Program-made: the position numbers and the translations under genes
The notes under the pieces: generated by a model
Told to the model about the DNA's origin: nothing
Database searches by the model: none
What the model saw: the letters and a program-made list of their open reading frames with translations, nothing else
In this document: one piece after another, positions 30,365 through 37,958 of the stretch
Layout: each line of letters opens with the position of its first letter
How positions within the stretch are numbered: position 1 is the stretch's first letter
NCBI GenBank assembly: GCA_002389045.1
Contig: DGNS01000013.1
Location: 155,523 to 219,522 of the forward strand
Length of the DNA stretch: 64,000 nucleotides
DNA from: Thiotrichaceae bacterium UBA4486
Lineage (GTDB): Bacteria; Pseudomonadota; Gammaproteobacteria; Eutrophobiales; Eutrophobiaceae
Reading direction: 5' to 3'

Positions 30365-31231
30365 ATGATGTATAACGCGATCAAACTGGCAGCATCGGTA
30401 TTCAAGCTCAGGATTGGTTTTGCAATCATGCTGACCGGTCTTGCCGGTCTTGCAATAACCCCCGGCATGGCGCCGTCAGTTGCAGAGACCGTTCTCTTCG
30501 CTGTTGCCATATTGTTATCTTCAGCAAGCGCCGGCGCTTTTAATCAGTATGTTGAGCGCGATCTCGACGCGAGGATGAAGCGTACAAGAAACCGGCCTTT
30601 CGTGACGGGCCGGTTTCGTGCCGACAAATACTGGCTGACCCTGATATATCTGATGTTGCTGGTTTCGGTACTGGCCACCTCGATTGTTATCAATGCAATG
30701 GCCGCGCTCTATGTATTCCTGGGAGCATTCACCTACGGGGTCGTCTATACAGTCTGGTTGAAAAGGCGCACCTGGCTGAATATCGTCATCGGTGGTTTGT
30801 CAGGCAGTTTTGCAGTTCTTGCGGGTGCCGCGGTTGTTGATCCCGGCCTGTCCGCGGCGCCGGTTCTTCTGGCTGTCGCCCTTTTTCTCTGGACTCCGCC
30901 ACATTTCTGGAGTCTCGCTTTCGTTTGTGCCGATGATTACAGGTCCGCAGGTGTACCCATGCTGCCGGCGGTATTTGCAAAACCGGTGGCTGCAAGGATT
31001 ATATTTCTACACACTGTTGCTTTGGTACTGGTATCAGTATTACCGTTTTTTTATGGTCTCGGCTGGATCTACCTTGTCGGAGCACTGGCAGGCGGATTGT
31101 ATTTCCTGAAGAAAAGTTATGATCTCGTCCGCCGGCCATCTGTAGCGACAGCACGCGCCAACTTCAAGGCATCCCTTGTTCAATTGACACTGTTACTGTG
31201 TGCATGTGTTCTGGATGTAGTATTTGTCTGA
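30365..31231 (+). CDS. ctaB: Protoheme IX farnesyltransferase (heme O synthase)
   Basis: 288-aa UbiA-family membrane protein with the NQYVERDLDARMKRTRNRP motif. Confidence 0.9.
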   Translation: MMYNAIKLAASVFKLRIGFAIMLTGLAGLAITPGMAPSVAETVLFAVAILLSSASAGAFNQYVERDLDARMKRTRNRPFVTGRFRADKYWLTLIYLMLLVSVLATSIVINAMAALYVFLGAFTYGVVYTVWLKRRTWLNIVIGGLSGSFAVLAGAAVVDPGLSAAPVLLAVALFLWTPPHFWSLAFVCADDYRSAGVPMLPAVFAKPVAARIIFLHTVALVLVSVLPFFYGLGWIYLVGALAGGLYFLKKSYDLVRRPSVATARANFKASLVQLTLLLCACVLDVVFV

Positions 31232-32099
31232 TTCATCCGGTAACCATGTGCTGTTCCCTATCAAAAAATCACTGATAAATTCATTACCGGTCCTGTGTGC
31301 CGTAATTGCCCTCTGGGCAACCGGTCTGCGACCTGTTGTTGCCATGGATGAGCATACGCACACGGCAGACAGGTATGATAAGGACCAGGCACTGGAGTTC
31401 AGCCAGTCAGCGTTGAACCGGACTATAGGTGACTATGCGTTCGTCAATCAGGACGGGAAACCTGTAAGCCTGTTACAATACAGGGGGAAACCATTGATTG
31501 TCAGCCTTGTCTATACCAGTTGTCATCATGTCTGTCCGATGCTGACCAGCCATCTGGATGAGGTGGTGGATATCGCCAGGGAGGCACTGGGGCATGACAG
31601 TTTCTCGGTTGTAACCATCGGCTTTGATACGGCGGTTGACAGCCCTGAACGCATGCGGCTTTTTGCCAGGGAGCGGAATATCGATTTCAGGGGCTGGGAT
31701 TTCCTCAGTGCGGATGCGGAAACGATAGAAGCATTCAGTAATGATATCGGCTTTATTTTTTTTGAATCGGCGAAGGGTTTTGATCACCTGTCCCAGACAA
31801 CGCTGCTTGATGCGCAAGGTCGCGTTTACCGGCAGATATACGGCGTGCAGTACGAAGCTCCCGTCCTGGTTGAGCCGCTCAAGGAACTGGTGTTCGGCAA
31901 GTACAGCGAGGCAACTCTTGTAGAAGGCTGGATCAACAACATCCGCCTTTTCTGCACGCTGTATGATGCCCGTTCAGGACGTTATTACTTCGATTATTCG
32001 ATATTTATAGGACTTATTATTGGTATTGTTATCCTCGTTTCCATTGCGGTATTTATCATACGCTCATGGCGACAACACACACCCGACAGTAACAGGTAA
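31224..32099 (+). CDS. senC: SCO1/SenC copper chaperone with an extra C-terminal TM helix
   Basis: 291 aa with an N-terminal anchor and a thioredoxin fold carrying the CxxxC motif (YTSCHHVCP) and a downstream His. Overlaps ctaB by 8 nt. Confidence 0.88.
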   Translation: MSDSSGNHVLFPIKKSLINSLPVLCAVIALWATGLRPVVAMDEHTHTADRYDKDQALEFSQSALNRTIGDYAFVNQDGKPVSLLQYRGKPLIVSLVYTSCHHVCPMLTSHLDEVVDIAREALGHDSFSVVTIGFDTAVDSPERMRLFARERNIDFRGWDFLSADAETIEAFSNDIGFIFFESAKGFDHLSQTTLLDAQGRVYRQIYGVQYEAPVLVEPLKELVFGKYSEATLVEGWINNIRLFCTLYDARSGRYYFDYSIFIGLIIGIVILVSIAVFIIRSWRQHTPDSNR

Positions 32100-32102
32100 C
32101 TG

Positions 32103-33677
32103 ATGTCTGCTATCAAAGCCGTGCTCAGGAAAGGGTTCGAAACCATTGAGGACCTGTTCGACAGGATTTTTGGCGCAAAAAACAATCCTTTCTATCAGCT
32201 TGGGGCCCTGGGATGGTTTTATTTCTGGATTGTCGTGGTCAGTGGGATCTATGTGTATATCTTCTTCGATACCGGCGTTACCCAGGCTTATAAGTCACTT
32301 GAATACCTGACGCATGAACAATGGTATGCAGGCGGGGTCATGCGCAGTCTGCATCGTTATGCCTCGGATGCACTGGTTGTGATGATGATGGTGCATATGT
32401 TAAGAGAGTTTGCCATGGACAGGTTCCGGAGTTCACGCTGGTTTGCCTGGTTTACAGGCGTACCCATGTTATGGCTGGTGTTTGCCGCGGGTATTTCCGG
32501 ATACTGGATGATCTGGGACCAGCTTGCCCAGTATATTGCTATCACAACCGCGGAATTCCTGGATGCCCTGCCAGTGTTTGGCGAATCCATTGCCAGGAAC
32601 TTTGTCACCGATGCAAAACTGAGCGGACGGTTTTTTACGCTGATGGTTTTTGTTCACATTGCCTTGCCACTGATCCTGCTCTTTATCATGTGGATACACA
32701 TTCAGAGGCACGCATCACCAAAGGTCAATCCACCAAGGACGCTGGCTCTTGGCACATTCGCAATGTTGCTCGTTGTTTCCTTTGTCAAACCGGCGCTAAG
32801 CCAGCCCCCCGCGGATTTGAACTATGTGCCTGCGACGGTAAATCTGGACTGGTTCTACATGCCGATATACCCGGTTCTGAACAATGTCTCGGGTGTTACG
32901 GTCTGGATCGCCCTGGTGGCGGCCACCGTTTTTTTGATGATGATGCCATGGTTGCCACCGGGCAAACGTCATCCGGTTGCGGTTGTCAATCTGGATAATT
33001 GTAACGGCTGTGGCCGTTGCGCGGCTGATTGCCCGTTCAGTGCCATTACCATGGAACCCCGTTCCGATGGCAGTGCCTACCAGCTGGAAGCTGTTGTGCA
33101 TGCGGATCACTGTACCAGTTGCGGGATATGCGTGGGTTCCTGTCCCACGGCGACACCGTTCAGGACAAAATCCGATTTGTCTCCCGGGATTGAATTGCCC
33201 GAGCATCAAATCAGTGAGCTCAGGGATAAAACCATTGCGGCTTCCGGCAAAATGACCGGCAATGACAGGATTATTATATACGGTTGTGATAACAGTCTTG
33301 ATGCAACCGACGTTATTGATGATAAAACGCAGGTGCTGACCATGCCATGTGTCGGCATGCTGCCGCCATCATTTATTGATTATGTTTTATCCAGAAATCT
33401 TTTCGATGGTGTATTCCTGACCGGTTGCCGGCAAGGCGATTGCAATTACCGCCTTGGCCTTAAATGGACCGATGCCCGCCTGGCGGGTGAACGCGACCCG
33501 CGTCTGCGAAAACGGGTCAACGCGGATCGGGTCAGTAAATACTGGGCAGGATTGACACGGCATAAGGAATTTTTCAGAAAGTTGACGGCTTTTCGTAAAC
33601 GGCTGGCTGCTATGGGGCCAGAACAGGACAGCGGCCAGCAGGGTAAAAAAACCGGGGTTGCGGATATCAATGCTTGA
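32103..33677 (+). CDS. Fusion protein: dihaem cytochrome b (bc-type N-terminal domain) + 2x[4Fe-4S] ferredoxin + MvhD/FlpD-like domain
   Basis: 524 aa. It has two H-x13-H pairs in TM helices (HRYASDALVVMMMVH and HIALPLILLFIMWIH). Two CxxCxxCxxxCP motifs follow (CNGCGRCAADCP, CTSCGICVGSCP). The C-terminal segment is IIIYGC...LTMPCVGMLPPSFIDYVL...GVFLTGCRQGDCNY, as in the methyl-viologen-reducing hydrogenase delta subunit. Confidence 0.8.
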   Translation: MSAIKAVLRKGFETIEDLFDRIFGAKNNPFYQLGALGWFYFWIVVVSGIYVYIFFDTGVTQAYKSLEYLTHEQWYAGGVMRSLHRYASDALVVMMMVHMLREFAMDRFRSSRWFAWFTGVPMLWLVFAAGISGYWMIWDQLAQYIAITTAEFLDALPVFGESIARNFVTDAKLSGRFFTLMVFVHIALPLILLFIMWIHIQRHASPKVNPPRTLALGTFAMLLVVSFVKPALSQPPADLNYVPATVNLDWFYMPIYPVLNNVSGVTVWIALVAATVFLMMMPWLPPGKRHPVAVVNLDNCNGCGRCAADCPFSAITMEPRSDGSAYQLEAVVHADHCTSCGICVGSCPTATPFRTKSDLSPGIELPEHQISELRDKTIAASGKMTGNDRIIIYGCDNSLDATDVIDDKTQVLTMPCVGMLPPSFIDYVLSRNLFDGVFLTGCRQGDCNYRLGLKWTDARLAGERDPRLRKRVNADRVSKYWAGLTRHKEFFRKLTAFRKRLAAMGPEQDSGQQGKKTGVADINA

Positions 33678-34173
33678 ACCACGTCTCATTTTCGGCCAGA
33701 TAATAGCTTATGGCATATTTGCAATCGTGCTCGGCTATTTCTCCAACTCACCGGCTTATACCTATCACGACCCGGAAAAGGCGCTGTTAATGGTGAGTTT
33801 CAGTCATGCCAGCCAGACAAAAGAAGAGTGTCGGCGTTTTACCCAGGAAGAACTGGCGGAACTGGCGCCCAATATGCGCCGCCCGATGGATTGTCCAAGG
33901 GAGCGAGTTCCTGTATACCTGGAAATAACCATGGATGATGAAGTTGTCGTGAGTAATTCCTATTCACCAACGGGTCTGGCAAAAGACGGTTCAACATCGA
34001 TTTATGAAAGTATTCCTGTGAAACCGGGGAAACACGAGCTGGTTTCCAGGATGCGAGACAGCCGGCGTAAGGAAGGTTTCGATTACACGAGTAAAATTAC
34101 AGTCGACCTGGAACCCAGAGAGCTTTTCGTAATTGATTTCAGAAAAGAGCTGGGTGGTTTTTATTATAAATGA
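33670..34173 (+). CDS. Hypothetical N-terminally membrane-anchored protein
   Basis: 167 aa from the ATG at 33670, which forms an ATGCTTGA overlap with the upstream stop. One TM helix is followed by a soluble domain containing two Cys. I did not recognise a family. Confidence 0.6.
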   Translation: MLEPRLIFGQIIAYGIFAIVLGYFSNSPAYTYHDPEKALLMVSFSHASQTKEECRRFTQEELAELAPNMRRPMDCPRERVPVYLEITMDDEVVVSNSYSPTGLAKDGSTSIYESIPVKPGKHELVSRMRDSRRKEGFDYTSKITVDLEPRELFVIDFRKELGGFYYK

Positions 34174-34182
34174 GGTTGTCCC

Positions 34183-34569
34183 ATGAGTTTGGTTGAGTGG
34201 CGCGAGGAATTCAGAACGGGGATTGATGAAGTAGATTTCGAACATAAGGAGTTGATCGAGTTAATCAATAATACTTATAAAGAAGCCTCTGAAAAAGGCA
34301 CCTCAGACGCTCTGGATGAGGGCCTGGGTGAAATATTTTCAAAAATTTCGGCGCATTTCGCTCTTGAGGAAAAGATAATGCGTGAGCTTGAATATGACCA
34401 GTATCAGGATCACAAGGAAGATCACGAACGGTTGCTGGATAGCATCAGGGATATCATGGATGATGTTTCAAGGCTGGATGAAGAGAAGTTCGGACAGAGC
34501 CTGAAGGACTGGTTTGTTATTCACTTCAGTACCAGGGATGCGAGAATGCATAAACAACTGCAGAGGTAA
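34183..34569 (+). CDS. Bacteriohemerythrin-like protein
   Basis: 128 aa. The N-terminus W.EEF.TGIDEVDFEHKELIELIN is typical of hemerythrin-like metal-binding domains. Further H/E/D ligand positions are present (HFALEE, HKEDHERL, HFSTRD). Confidence 0.85.
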   Translation: MSLVEWREEFRTGIDEVDFEHKELIELINNTYKEASEKGTSDALDEGLGEIFSKISAHFALEEKIMRELEYDQYQDHKEDHERLLDSIRDIMDDVSRLDEEKFGQSLKDWFVIHFSTRDARMHKQLQR

Positions 34570-34688
34570 CCTGTGCCGATTGATGCATGGTTTTACCGCT
34601 GCTGTCCGGTCGCACGATATTCGCTGCGGCCTGAATGATTCCCGGTGCGAGAGTACAGGGTGATTCAATAACCACAGGAGAAACCGCA

Positions 34689-34991
34689 ATGATAAAAACA
34701 CGCAGTATTTTGTTGTACTCACTTATGGCCTGCATGCCGGCTGTCTCATCGGCTGGTGATGCCGAAGCCGGCAAGGCCAAATCATCCACCTGTGCTGCCT
34801 GTCATGGTGCCGAGGGTATCAGCCCGAATGACATGTGGCCCAATCTTGCGGGCCAGAAAGAAGGTTACCTGGTCAAGCAGTTAAAGGACTTCAGGGACGG
34901 TAATCGTAAGGATCCCATGATGGCGCCTATGGCTTCGCCGCTCAGTGATGATGACATTGCAAATCTTGCCGCCTACTTCAGCAGCTTGTAA
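34689..34991 (+). CDS. Periplasmic monoheme class I cytochrome c
   Basis: I chose the ATG at 34689, which has AGGAG upstream. It has a signal peptide, a CAACHG heme site and a distal Met region (PMMAPMA). Confidence 0.85.
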   Translation: MIKTRSILLYSLMACMPAVSSAGDAEAGKAKSSTCAACHGAEGISPNDMWPNLAGQKEGYLVKQLKDFRDGNRKDPMMAPMASPLSDDDIANLAAYFSSL

Positions 34992-35033
34992 GCAGACTGT
35001 ATTTTAATATCGGAACTGTTGCCGTGGGTGAGA

Positions 35034-35627
35034 TTATCTCTCGCCCACGGCAGCACTCGGATCAACAGATCGCATGTCAGGAAGGGAGTGCGCCACTCCT
35101 TTGTGACAGTCAATACAGGTTTGTCCTTCCTCAAATGCCACGATATGTCTGTCGCGCGCACGGCGGCCCTGGGCCATGTAATCCATGGATTTGAAATCAT
35201 GACAGTTCCGGCATTCCCGTGAATCTGTTTTTTTCATGGCGTCCCAGACATGCGTGGCCAGTTCCAGGCGTTTGGCTTCGAATTTTTCCGGAGTATCTAT
35301 ACTCCCCAGCGCCTTGTGCAACAGTTCATTGCTTGCCCGGATCTTGCGTACTATCTTGTGATGCCATTCTTTAGGGACATGGCAATCGGGGCAGGTGGCA
35401 CGTACACCGGTACGGTTGGAATAGTGAATGGTATTCTTGTACTCGCGATAAACATTTTCTTCCATCTCATGACAGGATATGCAAAAGGTTTCGGTATTGG
35501 TTGCTTCCATTGCCCAGTTGAATCCACCCCAGAACATGATGCCGAAGATGAATGCTCCTATAGCAATGGTAATTACCGAAAACCTGCCAAGAAAAGACCT
35601 GAACCACAGATACGATGATTTAAACAT
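35034..35627 (-). CDS. napC: Tetraheme quinol dehydrogenase NapC (NapC/NirT family)
   Basis: 197 aa with an N-terminal TM anchor and four CxxCH sites (CISCH, CPDCH, CRNCH, CIDCH). Confidence 0.9.
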   Translation of the reverse strand: MFKSSYLWFRSFLGRFSVITIAIGAFIFGIMFWGGFNWAMEATNTETFCISCHEMEENVYREYKNTIHYSNRTGVRATCPDCHVPKEWHHKIVRKIRASNELLHKALGSIDTPEKFEAKRLELATHVWDAMKKTDSRECRNCHDFKSMDYMAQGRRARDRHIVAFEEGQTCIDCHKGVAHSLPDMRSVDPSAAVGER

Positions 35628-35731
35628 TGTTCATTTCCCTGCTTTCATTTTATTGAAGAGTCCCCGGCCACTGCGCCGCTCCGGTTGCATTGGTTTCAAT
35701 TCAGGACTGTGTGCCGGTTATGAATGGTCAT

Positions 35732-36199
35732 TCAGTGCTGCTGTATCGCCCTTACCGGTTCAAATTCGTTATCCACGAGGGGTTTTGCATTGACCTGCGG
35801 GACATGACACTGATTGCAGAAATAGCGCCTGGCGGCGACGTTGGCCTGTACATTTCTGTCGCGGTCCTCAAAATGGGTCTGGCTGATCTTGGTGGCGCCG
35901 GATTCCTTGTAATTGGCCCAGCTGTGGCAGGTCAGACACTTGTTGAATTTGACATTGATCACATAACCCTCGATGGAATGCGGGACCAGTGGCGGTTGTT
36001 GCACATAATCACGCGGAATGGGATCACGATCCGGCTGCCACTGTTTCAGTTCCGGTGCGGTGTCCGGTTCATCTATCATGGTTTCACCGCGCAGGGATTT
36101 GACTTCGGTTGTATCAGCAGCCGCAGCGAACTTCACTGCACTAGCGGTGATTGTGAACTGCAGTAAAATGATCAGCAGATAGATACGCTTCTTTTTCAT
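35732..36199 (-). CDS. napB: Diheme cytochrome c NapB
   Basis: 155 aa with a signal peptide and two CxxCH sites (CLTCH, CNQCH). Overlaps the napH stop. Confidence 0.9.
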   Translation of the reverse strand: MKKKRIYLLIILLQFTITASAVKFAAAADTTEVKSLRGETMIDEPDTAPELKQWQPDRDPIPRDYVQQPPLVPHSIEGYVINVKFNKCLTCHSWANYKESGATKISQTHFEDRDRNVQANVAARRYFCNQCHVPQVNAKPLVDNEFEPVRAIQQH

Positions 36200-37092
36200 G
36201 TCATTGCCTCACCCTGGTTTGTAGTTACTGGGGTTGTCCGGTGGTCGAATCGCTGTGTCAGACTGAATACATCACGGTTACAGACATCGAGACAGCGAAA
36301 GCAGTTGGTACAGTTTCCGGAAAGGATCAGCGGTGTGCTGCCGGCAGTATCTGGTTTCAATGCCGGTTTGATCACCTGTGGTTCGGGACAGACGCGAAAG
36401 CAGTCCATGCAGTCGTTACATTGATCCCGGCGGATGGCGGATACCCGCAGCAGGCTGATTTGTCCGGGGATACTGTAAAAAGCGCCTACCGGACACAGAT
36501 GCCCGCACCAGCCATGCCTGCTGACGAACACATCGAACAGAAATATGCCGATGATGAATATCCAGGCCATGCCGAAGCCGAACAGCACGCCTCGATACAC
36601 CATGGACACCGGGTTCAGCAGTTCCCAGGCGATAGTGCCGGTAACGGCGGCAACCGCCAGCGACACGCCCAGTATCCAGTAACGAGTGGATTTGCCGAGG
36701 CGCCAGCCGTTACCGGTAATGCCGAGTGTTCTCCGGCACCATGCAGCCACGTCGGTGACGATATTGATCGGGCAAACCCAGGAGCAGTACACACGTCCGC
36801 CGAGGATTATGTACGCGCCGAGTACGATAAGGGTGCCGGTGATCGCCGTGATACCGGGGACATGCCCGGCAAACAATGACTGCAACACTACGTATGGGTC
36901 GGTCAACGGTAGTACATCCAGTGTCCGGCTCGAAGCCAGGCTGCCCTTGACGATCCAGATCCCGGCCAGCGGTCCGAGCAGGAAGATTCCCAGGATACCC
37001 AGCTGTGTCAGGCGCCTGAAGACCAGCCAGCGGTGCAGCGCCCAGCCATTTTTTTCGCGGTGTTGCCCTGGGCCTGTATCGAGTACTCTCAC
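36196..37092 (-). CDS. napH: Membrane-bound ferredoxin-type quinol dehydrogenase component NapH
   Basis: 298 aa with 4 TM helices, CxxxCP motifs (CSWVCP, CGHLCP) and C-terminal 4Fe-4S motifs ([23 protein letters not shown]). Confidence 0.9.
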   Translation of the reverse strand: MRVLDTGPGQHREKNGWALHRWLVFRRLTQLGILGIFLLGPLAGIWIVKGSLASSRTLDVLPLTDPYVVLQSLFAGHVPGITAITGTLIVLGAYIILGGRVYCSWVCPINIVTDVAAWCRRTLGITGNGWRLGKSTRYWILGVSLAVAAVTGTIAWELLNPVSMVYRGVLFGFGMAWIFIIGIFLFDVFVSRHGWCGHLCPVGAFYSIPGQISLLRVSAIRRDQCNDCMDCFRVCPEPQVIKPALKPDTAGSTPLILSGNCTNCFRCLDVCNRDVFSLTQRFDHRTTPVTTNQGEAMT

Positions 37093-37946
37093 TGAACTTC
37101 CCCGGAGTGCCGGTTCAGGGTTTTCAGTGGATCACCGGCAAATGGTGTTTCGCCCGTGTCCTGTTTCAGACCCGCTCCTCCGTGTTCGTACTGTATTCCC
37201 TGTGGCAGGTTGTACTGATGTTCCGTGTCCGGGGTGACCAGGCTCCTGCCGGCTTTGCGTTTTTCCTCCCAGCCCATGCGGTAGTGTCCTGCGGCTTCGC
37301 CCTTCGCCAGTTTGCGGGGAAAGACCTTGACCGCGGCTTCCGGCAACACACAGGCGTATTCGCATTTACCGCAGCCGGTGCAGGCATCCGAATGTACAGT
37401 GGGCAGGAACAATGCGTGCTTGCCGCTGCGCGGGTTATGCAGCATTTCCAGAGTGATGGCCTCGTCTATGAGCGGGCACACCCGGTAGCAGACATCGCAG
37501 CGCAGACCCTGGAAATTCAGGCAGGTCTCCTGATCAATCAGTGCAGCGAGCCCCATGCGGGCGTCATCGATATCCTGCAGATCCGGATCCAGCGCGCCGG
37601 TGGGACAGGCCTTGACACAGGGAATGTCCTCACACATCTCGCAGGGCACGTCACGCGCGATGAAATACGGCGTGCCGGTGGTGACGTCTTCAAGAAAGCC
37701 GGCCAGACGCAGGGTATCGTAGGGGCAATCGCGCACGCACAGTCCGCAACGGATGCAGGCACCACCGAACTCATGCTCATCGATGGCACCGGGCGGACGT
37801 ATGGCGCCGGCCGGCAGGGAACTGGCCTTGCCGGAGTAAATACCCAGGCCCGTGGCCAGCAGTCCGAAACCGCAGACGGCCCCGGCGCTGTCGAGCAGAA
37901 ATTTTCTGCGTCCGGGAATGGTGCTATGCCCGTTTGATGTCATCAT
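37089..37946 (-). CDS. napG: Periplasmic ferredoxin-type protein NapG
   Basis: 285 aa with a twin-arginine signal (GRRKFLL) and four 4Fe-4S Cys motifs. Confidence 0.9.
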   Translation of the reverse strand: MMTSNGHSTIPGRRKFLLDSAGAVCGFGLLATGLGIYSGKASSLPAGAIRPPGAIDEHEFGGACIRCGLCVRDCPYDTLRLAGFLEDVTTGTPYFIARDVPCEMCEDIPCVKACPTGALDPDLQDIDDARMGLAALIDQETCLNFQGLRCDVCYRVCPLIDEAITLEMLHNPRSGKHALFLPTVHSDACTGCGKCEYACVLPEAAVKVFPRKLAKGEAAGHYRMGWEEKRKAGRSLVTPDTEHQYNLPQGIQYEHGGAGLKQDTGETPFAGDPLKTLNRHSGEVQ

Positions 37947-37958
37947 CCAGTGTCACTC

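Noticed and set aside
35020-35052. Inverted repeat TGCCGTGGG...CCCACGGCA between the cytochrome c gene and napC as a bidirectional terminator
   Set aside because: The stem overlaps the last codons and the stop of napC, is interrupted by mismatches, and has no U-tract on either strand. The evidence is too weak to annotate.
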